DNA of 20,488 nucleotides, taken from assembly GCF_006345805.1 (NCBI RefSeq), contig NW_021823973.1, positions 1 to 20,488 of the forward strand, given 5' to 3'. This DNA is from Octopus sinensis. Its lineage: Eukaryota. The notes under the pieces were generated by a model. It was not told the origin of the DNA, did not search any database, and saw only the letters and a program-made list of their open reading frames with translations. The position numbers were made by a program, and so were the translations under genes. How positions within the stretch are numbered: the stretch's first letter is position 1; the number at the start of each line of letters is the position of its first letter. Below are positions 10,401 through 19,599 of the stretch, one piece after another.

Positions 10401-10567
10401 TTCACATGGCGTGCAGTTAATTCCAAATTTCCTGATATTCGACTGCCCACAAAAGAGACATGCCCGAGTTGTCCTCAGTGGCTTTGTTCCTCGTGCTTCG
10501 TCTTCGCTTCGTTCTTTATTTACCATCTGAGGTTTCCGTTAATCACACCACAGCACACCAATTTGAA
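7471..10567 (-). mobile_element. Apparently full-length CRE-like (RLE-type) non-LTR retrotransposon
   Basis: Short 5' UTR, single long ORF, AATAAA (7502-7507) then A16 tail (7471-7486). Imperfect flanking direct repeat TTATAAGATTTAAAATT (7447-7463) vs TTATAAAGATTTAAAATT (10568-10585). Clearly more GC-rich than the flanks. Confidence 0.85.
7528..10526 (-). CDS. CRE-like polyprotein: PHD finger, RT, CCHC finger, restriction-like endonuclease (about 1000 aa after repairing about 10 single-base indels)
   Basis: PHD C4HC3 (C23,C26,C38,C41,H46,C49,C65,C68; 10323-10460); [10 protein letters not shown]; RT motifs [36 protein letters not shown] (YLDD 9007-9018), GFGGVGL; [17 protein letters not shown]; RHAALND; GKRPDG...VWDATCVDT...KTKKY...PVAAES...[11 protein letters not shown]. 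No in-frame stops in the repaired frame. Confidence 0.9.
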
Positions 10568-10829
10568 TTATAAAGATTTAAAATTTACATTAAAAAACAA
10601 AACAATGTCAAAAACAAAATCCCATTAAGCTTTTCAGTTTCCAAAATATGTACGCCGGTTAATTTGTTTCCTTAATCGTTTCTATTTTTTTTTTTAAGAT
10701 ATAAATCCTCCTGAAACTGTGCTGACCTTAATAAATTGTCGCATCTAGCCAATTTTGAGTGTATAGTGGTTTTTTGTATTTTTTCAATAAATCAGAAAAT
10801 TTTATATAGGAAAGTACCAATTGTGATTT

Positions 10830-11040
10830 GGCAACTTCGAACAGACTACGAGAGGAAGGGCCAATGTATTTATGAAGTCTCGACTGCTACAGGAATGAAA
10901 ACTCTGCCATTCCCCCATTCAGCATTTTTCGCGCTTAATTGTTTTCCCATTAACATTTCAGAAATAATCGTTTTAATTCGAAAGGATTTTTTGCCGTCTT
11001 CAAGGGAAATTGTCTGTCAATCCGTTAGAGACAGTGTCAG
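10830..11040 (-). pseudogene. Heavily decayed CRE-like endonuclease fragment
   Basis: Minus strand gives DTVSN...IKREKC*..GRVFIPVAVETS..IGP, resembling DT...KxxKY...FxPVAVETxGxxGP. Several stops. Confidence 0.4.
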
Positions 11041-12520
11041 AAAATTAATTAATTTGAAATTTGTTCATTAATAACTAAGTAAACGAAAGTTCAAGAACAA
11101 AATTAGATGCGAGTCATGTAAGTAACTACATATCTCGACGAAAAGAATTTTTATTATTGTTTAATTTAAAATCAGTTTTTGAGTGTATCTTTTGTTAAAG
11201 AATCCAAAAATAGAAAGATTGGTCATTAATAAACACCATCCATATCACTAATTAAATAATTTTTTTCTTTAATTTTCTAAAAATCGATAAAGGGTACGCA
11301 AAAAAATATTTGATGCTAACAAATACACGAACCAAAAAGTTTGAGAATTACTGTTTTAATACGTTCTTCTAAGATCGTTAAATTATAAACCTCAATCTGT
11401 TGACAGTTATTCTTCAATCCACCCATTTCTGTATTCGTAAAAAAAATTAATGAATTTTACATTAAAATCATATTTTTATAATAATTAAACATTTGTTGTG
11501 CAAATTTTTAATTTTTAGTAAAATTAAAGAATGTAATTATTCGGCGTGTATTTTATTCGGACTGTGACATATATTTCAAGTTAGCACCCAACGTAGTACA
11601 CGATGGGGTACATTTGTCTTTACTTTTTTTTCTACTTTACAAATAAACTTTATCAATAAAAAGAAATAAACTAACTAATTAATTCCCAAGTCCTAGGCCT
11701 TCAAAATGTACCAAGGATAGAGATCTTATCGTAGACCACAAGTTGGTAAAGACAATTTTCTCGAATTTCGGGTTTCTCATTGGTTTGATTTCTGTGAAAT
11801 TAACTAATAGACAAACTTGGTCAAATGACTGTCCAAAAATGTTACCAGTGATCTTTACAAATGGGGACTATCTGCAATCATAGTTATAAATGCTTGCAAA
11901 GAAACAGATTCACAACTACTTAAATATTTCAAAACCTTTCCATCCTCCACAAAAGGTTCTCTGTGTTTCTGCGAAGTTTTATTGCTCTGCTTCGCTTGTA
12001 ATTAAAATAAAGTTAATTTTTTATTAATGATTATTTGATTATCTTAATTTTTAATGGCAAACATAATAAATTGAAACACGTGTGACACGCTATCAAATTA
12101 GTTTGTTGTACTGTCACTATTATTTTGTTCAACTTTATATTTCTTTATGTAATTTAATTCAAAAGGAATATTTTGTGATGTAATTTCTTTTAATGTTTAA
12201 GTTATCTGAAATTTCATCCTTTTATGTCATATTTTTCGATTTTATTCCTTTAATTTGTTTCTTTTACTTATTTTGACATCTCTGACAAACTATTATTGTT
12301 TTTTTATCTTTATTCATCCTATTTTATGCGATGGGACGCAGATTAAGATACTACAAACTGATTCTTACATGCATTTTTGTGCGTACTCGCGACACACTCA
12401 AATACAACTCCAAATGTGGTTTTCTTTTTCTATAATGAGGGCAAGACCTAAGAACAACGATGACTTTATGTCTGCAAGATCCATAAACTATATTCTTTAA
12501 AAGGGAAAGAAGTCTATACC

Positions 12521-12627
12521 TTTCCAAGTTCAATATGGGAATTTCCAAATTCAATATGGGATTTCCAAGTTCAAAGTGGGATTTTCCAAATTCAATATGG
12601 GATTTTCAAGTTCAAGGATTTTCAAGT
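12521..12627. repeat. About 20-bp tandem array, about 5.5 copies
   Basis: Consensus ATTTCCAA(G/A)TTCAATATGGG with units at 12521, 12541, 12561, 12581 and 12602. An inverted 46-bp copy lies at 15351-15396. Confidence 0.92.
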
Positions 12628-12722
12628 CGGTTATTGAATTCATTTATTAATTTAAATCGCCTTACATTACAAAATGTACGTTAATAAAAAGAAAGAATTA
12701 GCTGAAAAAATAAAAAAAATTG

Positions 12723-12795
12723 GGATCACATTAAACAAACGCCCCCAAATTTACACATATTAAACAAACGCCCCTAAATTTATACATGTCAAACA
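12723..12795. repeat. 29-bp-period terminal-repeat array (AAACAAACGCCCC core), probable Merlin end
   Basis: Core at 12733 and 12762 plus a degenerate third unit; same unit as 14863-14912. Confidence 0.75.
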
Positions 12796-13009
12796 TTCGA
12801 CGAAAACATTAAAATAATGTAAAACTAAAAATCAAATTTATAAATAAATACTATACTTTAGAAACAAGTTTATTGAACAACATAATAATTTTTCAAAAGC
12901 TCCATTAACTTTTCAAAAGTTGAACCTGAACCTGTTCGTATTGATAATGTGGTCTTGTATTTGAAACAGTTTTGATTCTAACATTTCCAAATATATTGGT
13001 CAGATAAGG

Positions 13010-14657
13010 CAGTGTTCTCAACCTTTTTTTCCCTGAGGCCCCATTCAGGGTCATATAAAATCTCAGGCCCATTGCCTTTAATAAAACTTTGATAACAAAA
13101 AATATTTTATTAACATAAAAAATCTATTAAAATGTCAATTGACTACATGCTCTTGATGTCTATCTATCAATTTGTCAAGTTGAATTTCCAGATCTTGGTT
13201 CAACCTCAAAGTAAGTCTCCTCTCTTCTCAATCTGCAATTGATTGCGTTTTTTTGTGAGTAAATCGTTTGTTGCAGAAAATCCTGTCTCAACAACCAAGT
13301 GGTGGGAAAGCCACGTACAAACGGAACAACTTTTTCAAAGAGTAATGGATGAATCGATTCTACTTTCATCCATCCAATAAGCCATCCTTTCAATATTTCA
13401 TTAATACTTTGTTCTCCTTCAGTTCAAGAAGTTCTCCAGCAATAATAGGATCAATGTCTTTTCACTTAATACGTCAAAATGTGCTATATCTATAATCCAA
13501 CTAGGCGGATTCATTTCGATGATATCTTTAAATCTTCTAGTCATATCTTCTTTCAAGCATTTCAAGTGGTCAGTGCAGCTTGCGATTACTTCTGAGCCGG
13601 AGCAGTTTTGGCAAAATTACAAAAAAAAGCAAATTCATTTTTTTGAAGATGCATCTTCCAGAGACATAACTTGTTCAAAAAAGAGCGTACTTTCTCAGCA
13701 CTATCTATCAGATTGCATTTCGCCCTTGCAGTGGGTCATGTTCAGTTGGTTGACATGTGCGAATAAGTCAGCAGGTAAAAAATCCTTGCTTTTGTATCGT
13801 GTTATTTATCACTGAAAACAAAGTCTCAGCTTTATCTTTCTGTTCTTGCTACAAGCTGGTGTTTTCATGTCATGAACAAAAATAAGAACCATATCCCACA
13901 TTTCAGCAAGACGAACTAGGGAATTTCCTTTGAAAGCCATCTCACTTCAGTGTGCATGAGGAGTCTCTGGTGGTCCTCATGTTCACATAAATGTTGAAAT
14001 GGCGGTCATGCAAAGCATTGGCTTTGACAAATTCACTGTTGAAACAGCGACTTTCAATGCATGTTCCATGTCATCATTGAGAGATTTAGCACAAAGATGT
14101 TCTCGATGGATGATGCAATGAATTGCCAATATGAGGGCAAAGTTTTTTATTTAGCTACAAAGCCATTCTGTTTGCCGGTCATAGCGCTGGCACCGTCTGT
14201 TGCAATCTGCAACAGATTTGACAGAGGGATCCCATTATCGTACAGATAGTCGTAAACAGCCGCATATATAGTGTCGCTTCGTTTGTGTCAATCAAACTTT
14301 TTTATAAATAACATTCTTCATGAATTGCCATTGCATCAATATATCGGACATAAGTAAGTAATAAGGCAGAATTGTTGATTGTTGTTCATCAATTTGTAGT
14401 GAGAACTTAGAAACTTTTAATTTTTCCACAAGCTGTTTCTCGAGGTTTTCTGCCATTTCAATTTGCCTTCTCCCACTGTGTCATTAGACAATGGGATTTA
14501 GAAAATACGTCTTAGAAATTTGGATTTAGCCAATGGATTATTAGTATTAGTATTAACATATTTTCTTTGAGGCCCACTCCAGGCCAATTAAATCTCAGGC
14601 CCATTTCAAAATTTCTCAGGCCCACAAGGGGCCTGGGCCCAACGTTGAGAAACACTG
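13010..14657 (-). mobile_element. Second Buster-type hAT, non-autonomous, 1648 bp
   Basis: Perfect 8-bp TSD AGATAAGG (13002-13009 and 14658-14665, fits NNNTANNN). TIRs CAGTGTTCTCAACC / CAGTGTTTCTCAACG. Subterminal AGGCCC repeats at both ends. Confidence 0.93.
13140..14510 (-). pseudogene. SCAND3/ZBED5-like hAT transposase remnant lacking the BED finger
   Basis: Across frames: IPLSNDTV, FSLQIDE, IATDGASAMTG, IHCIIHREHL, LMHTEVRWLSKG, TLQGRN, FPTTWLVETGFS. Many frameshifts and stops. Confidence 0.88.
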
Positions 14658-14862
14658 AGATAAGGTACGCTTGAAAACCCAAACCATTTCTTTTCTGCAG
14701 TAAACACACATCATTTTTGATTTCATTAGTTTTTTTGCCTTAAAAAATGATATTATCCCAATTGTATCACTTCCTAGAAGTTCTCTTAAAGTTGTTTTGT
14801 ATGTACTACCTACAATAAACATGGGAAAAGTTATAATATAATTTTTTATAACATCAATATAA

Positions 14863-14947
14863 CACATATTAAACAAACGCCCCTAACTTTACACATATTA
14901 AACAAACGCCCCTGGGGGCGTTTGTTTTATGTGATCCAAAATTTGTT
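14863..14947. repeat. Abutted inverted terminal repeats forming a hairpin
   Basis: Two 29-bp units end at 14912, then TG, then the inverted unit GGGGCGTTTGTTTTATGTGATCC. Perfect 13-bp stem 14900-14912 / 14915-14927. Confidence 0.9.
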
Positions 14948-15371
14948 GACCGTTTACGAAAATGATGGGGATTGGAATCAAGTTGCATGTTCTCTCGGAA
15001 TAAAAAGAACAACTGCATACAGGTGGATAAAAGAAGGCTTTAAGGATGATTTAAGAGGTGGTTTTCGATATTCAAAAATTTCAAATACCGTACGAGATTA
15101 TATGCAAGAAATGGTCGAGTCAAATCCGAAAATTACTTGCAAACAATTGGCTGCAGAGATCCAAGATAAGTACGGAATAAAAGTGTCAGGTGAGTGCGTT
15201 CGCCTGCATCTTGATTCGCATATGTATACCATAAAAAACATAAGATTCGAACCTGAAAAAAGCAACTCAATGCAGAACAAAGAGAAGCGCAAAAGATTTT
15301 GTGAAAAGCTGAGATGGCAAGAAATGGTTTTTTTCAAATATTTTAAAATTAACTTGGAAATCCCATATTGA
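14922..15371 (+). pseudogene. IS630/Tc1-mariner-like transposase DNA-binding region, truncated before the DDE domain
   Basis: VACSLGIKRTTAYRWI HTH, RGGFRYSKI linker, VESNPKITCKQL, KVSGECVRLHL, YTIKNIRFEP...NKEKRKRFC. Similarity ends near 15320. Confidence 0.8.
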
Positions 15372-15409
15372 ATTTGGAAAATCCCACTTTGAACTTATAT
15401 GCTATGCGC

Positions 15410-16118
15410 GCTAAACATATTCAAAACGTTGCTTGATTTAAAAAGTAGAGAATTATGGGCTCGAAAGTTTATCCACCTAACCACCGAATATGAAAAATTA
15501 GAAACGAAAAAAATATTCTTTAATAATTGATATAAGAATTAAATAAAAATAATCGTGCAGAAACACGAAATAGAAAGACAAGATTTTTTATTAAAAAAAT
15601 TCGCATTTGGAATTAAAACAATATTTAGATCAACATATATTTGCGAAAAGTCATTCACAAAGATGAATTCAATAAAATTAAAATTGAGGACTCAGGTAAC
15701 CGACGAAATTCTTAATTCTTGTGTAAAATTAAAAAGAGAGAGAGAGTAAAATGTAAAATCACGATCCAAGAGAGTTTTCTTGGCTCCTGGAACGTCTGTC
15801 GATTGCTGTGATCCGAGGGAACGGCTTCGCCATTCGCGAGGCTGGTCGGGTGTCTCGTGAGGCCTTTAATTAACTTAGCTATCTTTAATTTCTTTCTTGC
15901 TTTCATTAATTAGTTGTAAAATAAAAAAAAATTAAAAATGACTAATTATTTCCCGAGTTAATAACACTGTCAAATGAAATACAAGGACAATCGTCGCATT
16001 AATTATTTTATAATTTTTATGTTTAAATTTTCTTTTATGTTTTCTTTAAAAAATATTTTTATAAATTGCTGTTTAAGTAAAAAGTGACTCTTTGCCACAA
16101 AAAGGTTGCTGACCCTTG
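15410..16118 (+). mobile_element. 3' end of a SPIN/GTF2IRD2-like hAT (dimerization domain and right TIR), interrupted by a CRE copy
   Basis: LLDLKSRELWARKF, FRSTYICEKSFTKMNSIKLKLRTQVTDEILNSCVKLK, resuming after the insertion as MTNY..ELITLSNEIQGQSSH* (stop 16000-16002). TIR-like GGTTGCTGACCCTTG at 16104-16118. Confidence 0.8.
15736..15927 (+). mobile_element. 5'-truncated CRE-like copy A (family 2) with TSD
   Basis: HDPREFSWLLERLSIAVIRGNGFAI from 15760. Flanked by AAAATTAAAAA at 15725-15735 and 15928-15938; removing the insert restores the hAT codons GTA AAA TTA AAA ATG ACT. Confidence 0.82.
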
Positions 16119-16716
16119 CACATAGGCATATTGAATTTCCAAATATTATGTTTGAAGATGATATTTTGCGACAACTTGAGTGTCTGACTTCCGAATATCG
16201 TTATGGCTGTTATATTTCTTAATTTTGAGGCTTTTTATAATTAGAAGATATGACTACTTCCATATGAAAGAAATAAAAAAATGATAAATATTAGTACTTA
16301 ATAGTCTATTGCGGACACAGTTTTGTCGTCAAACATCATCTCATTGGTCGGACATTATCGTTTAACACGCAGAAAATCAAAGAAAAACGTTCGATAATCA
16401 GCAAATACCAAAACTTTTCACCTATAGAAATTTATTTACTACTAAAACTATTTTTTTAATTATCTGATTATCTACAAGAACTATAAAAATTTTCATTAGA
16501 AGAGTACAAAATTTCATCTCTTTTTTAAAAAACGTTTTTGAAAATTTTGAATATTTTTCAATCGCATTGGCAAATTCAGCAAGTATAAAAAGAGAAACTT
16601 TTTAACTTTCTGTATTTATTTGAGGGATAATTGAAGCATTCTAATTTTGTTAACAGTTTGTCAAAATTATTCTAATGACAGGTACAGTGTAGGGAATTGA
16701 CGTTTTAAAGCATTTA

Positions 16717-16878
16717 ATTATTATTATTATTATTATTATTTAAAGACCAATACGGGCAAGCCAGTTAATTATAGTTAATCCCGTGATCGCCGATCCAAAC
16801 GAGGGAGATCCTTCTGAAAGGTTCAATCCTTCCCGCAAGATCGGCCTGAGACGACGATGTCCCAGGGTCTGAGAAGCT
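16717..16878 (-). mobile_element. 3' end of a LINE-like element with a (TAA)n tail
   Basis: GC-rich patch reading ...GLTIINWLARIGL* on the minus strand, followed directly by about 8 TAA repeats (16717-16742). Confidence 0.45.
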
Positions 16879-17020
16879 AAATTCAATGAAAACTTTTAAT
16901 AAAATTCAATATCATACTTTAAAAATTTGTTGAAATTACGACAGAAGCACTTCCATGCTCGAGAAAAAAAATTTTCTCCTTCAAATTGAAATTCTTTGAA
17001 AATGGTTGTCAATATTCGTT

Positions 17021-17365
17021 CCACCTGTTTGGACACGTTCTCGCTGGGAAATCTCGCTCTATCCGCCGCCAATCCTGGGCACGCTTCGAGGCAGGCCGAG
17101 GACCGAAAGATTCTCAAGTACGGCCACCTCTCCAACTCGCTGTTCTTTACTCCAATTGCCGTGGAGTCCTCCGGGATCTTCGGCCCCAAGACACTCCGCT
17201 TCCTTCGCTCGCTCGGTCGACGGATTTCAAGAACAAGCCACGATCCAAGAGAGTATTCTTGGCTCCTGGAACGTCTGTCGATTGCTGTGATCCGAGGGAA
17301 GTTCCTGAAAAACTGGCCGGGTGTCTCGTGAGGTCATTAATTAGCTTAGCTATCTTTTTACTTTT
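17021..17365 (+). mobile_element. 5'-truncated CRE-like copy B (family 2), endonuclease C-terminus
   Basis: TCLDTFS...AEDRKILKY...FTPIAVESSGIFGP...LGRRI...LERLSIAVIRG. Positions 17239-17300 match 15760-15821 at 61/62 nt. Confidence 0.88.
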
Positions 17366-17378
17366 ATAAATCACATTA

Positions 17379-18514
17379 CAGTCAAACCCCGCCCCAACAA
17401 CAACCCCGCCTTGGGGCACCCTCGCTTTTTGGGGCGATTTTATTTTTTAGTACATTTTTCATAAATAATTTCCAAATTTGGAAATTATCAAAACCCCACT
17501 ATGGGGGACTTTACTAATTTATTTTAATATTGTTACATAATAATTTTGTGAATAATATTATTTTTGAACATTTGATATTTATCTTTGTGTAATGTCTTCC
17601 AAGATTTCTATTGAAACAAAAATTAAAATTGCAAAGTGTCTACAAACTTCTTCTGTCTACTATTTCCCGAATGAAAAAAAACATTTCTTCTTTCATTAAT
17701 ACCGGATCAGTCATTTCAAGATTAGTTCAAATAGATGAAGTTGAACAAGCTTCTAATGAAATAAATCAATTTGAAAAACTTGACGAATTAACTTTTAATG
17801 CTTTTCGTCGATTGAGGGAAGATTCCTTTTCTATTTCGGGTACATTAATCAAAGCCATCGCGAAAAAAATATCGACAAAATTTGATTCTCGAACACCTTT
17901 TAAAGCCTCAAACGGTTAGTTAGACAGATTTAAGAAGAGACATGATCTGGTTTTCAAAACCATTTCTGGTGAAAAAAAATTTAGCAGACAAAAGTAATTT
18001 GTCAAATTTTTTCTTTCAATTTGATAATTTATTGTAAACTTATGGTCATGAAAATATTTTTAATTGCGATGAAACATCTTTGTATATGTTAAAAAATTTC
18101 CTTCAAGATCATATGTAGAATCGATAGAAGCATGTCATGGTACAAAATTCAGTAAAGAAAGAGTAACAGTTCTCCTTTGCTGTAATGTAGCAGGAAAAAA
18201 ATCAAGACCTCTTGTTAGTGGAAAATACAAATCACCTCGTTGTATGAAAAGTTGGCTTAATTATATCTGAACATATATTTTGATTGTGAAAAATTCGGTA
18301 TTTTATATTTAGCGTCAAAAAATTCCTGGATGAACAGAGAAATTTTCAAAATGTGGCTATCAAAAATTAACGACGACTTTCTCTCACAAGATAGAAAAAT
18401 AATTTTAATAATGAATAATGCTACATGCCATTCTTTATTGGAATACACAAATGTTAAAATGTTTTTTCTTCCGAAAACACAACATCTTTGATTCAACCTC
18501 TAGACGGTATAATA
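17379..18514 (+). mobile_element. Second Tigger/pogo element, decayed and 3'-truncated
   Basis: TA-CAGTCAAACCCCG left end (17377-17391). ATG at 17592. FKASNG(TAG)LDRFKKRH, IFNCDETSLY, KERVTVLLCCN, WMNREIF...IMNNATCH, TTSLIQPLDGII; cut off at 18515. Confidence 0.85.
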
Positions 18515-19317
18515 TGTCACAGGCGCTACCGGTTACCGAGCGCTACGGGTTACTGAATGCTCAAATTTAACATTTAAATAATTTTTTATAAAAATTAAAC
18601 CTAAATTTTTTTAGTTATTATATTTAAAATTAATAAATATATAATTCAATATTTTTAAAAGGCGCAGCATTTGATAATTTTTAAATAGATAATTTACCAT
18701 GCGTATTCTATAAAATTTTCTTGATGCCTCGCTGTTTTGTCAAAACTGTACAAGAATATGATCATATAGTTAAAATATTGGAAGAGCAGGGGATCATTGG
18801 AATATCTAAACAAAAAAATACAGATTAACTCGAAAGTCCAAGAATTTTACTTTCATTACCGGGCGGCTATATCTTAAAGACTCACGTGGAAACCATAAAA
18901 TAGTCATTTCTGCAGACAATCATGAGGAGATGCAATTAGTGGCTACGCAAATTCATCAAATGACTCATTGCGGACATAACACGTTGGAAGAGTTTTGTAA
19001 TCAGAGATATTTTTTTGTTAAACGCGAAATCATCAGGAAAGTAGTATCGCAATGTGTATGTCGATTTGCGACACCACTAAAAATAGTTGATCCTGAAAAC
19101 CACATTATAGCCTCACAACCAAATGAGATCTAAAACGTAGGTCAGGGTTCAGAAAGATTTTGGGACAAATTCATCCTTAGCTCTTCAAAAATTCGAGTCT
19201 CCATACGGAGACATTGTACAAATTTCTAGTATATTGTCAAACAATATTGTCGAATTACGAATGTCCGACGGAACAATGAAAAAAAACCACATGAAACGAA
19301 TCAAAAAAAATAAATAA
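18515..19317 (+). mobile_element. Second Ginger-type element, catalytic core deleted
   Basis: TGTCACAG terminus with GCGCTAC(C/G)GGTTAC twice (18523, 18540). ATG 18724 MPRCFVKTVQEYDHIV parallels MVRSIHINSKGEYDSIL of the first Ginger. IHQMTHCGH...SQCVCR zinc motif, then a jump to VRVQKDFGTN...KRIKKNK*. Confidence 0.75.
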
Positions 19318-19599
19318 AGATCAAAAATAATTAAAATTTTAGTTATAATCCATAAAAAGTTTTTTTCAATTTCTGTGTAACGTTATATGAAAATTTTAAA
19401 GCCTTAGTGCTTAAACGTCTTACGCTTATTCTTGAATTAAATCTGTAGTATATACATTAGAATTGTTTTTATGTAAGATAACAATTATTAAATCTTAATA
19501 AATATATTTTATTTTAATATAGTATTTTAAAGCAAGTTTTTGTGCATTATAATTTTAACAAATTAAAAAATATCATAAAAAAATTATAACTTTTTTTAC

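Larger units (their letters stand above)
12870..14822 (-). pseudogene. Merlin (IS1595/ISXO2-like) transposase N-terminus, interrupted by a hAT insertion
   Basis: Removing 13010-14657 plus one TSD copy joins 14822-14658 to 13001-12870 in frame: ...KAKKLMKSKMMCVYCRKEMVWVFKRTLSDQYIWKC*NQNCFKYKTTLSIRTGS. This is the CxxC...DxYxWxCxNxxC...SIRxGS zinc ribbon typical of eukaryotic ISXO2-type transposases. The catalytic domain is absent. Confidence 0.72.

Noticed and set aside
11700-12500. Possible host exons or TE remnants (KHREPFVEDGK; ORF 12255-12500)
   Set aside because: Only isolated weak resemblances to hAT, RT or Merlin motifs, with no continuous frame or splice pattern I can support.
3686-12627. 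Short repeat arrays as CRISPR-like loci
   Set aside because: The units are tandem or irregularly spaced without unique spacers of constant length, there are no cas genes, and the context is eukaryotic TE ends.
6641-16118. SPIN-like N-terminal (6641) and C-terminal (15410) remnants as one element split by nested insertions
   Set aside because: They share strand and family, but no left TIR, TSD or middle portion was found, so linkage cannot be shown.
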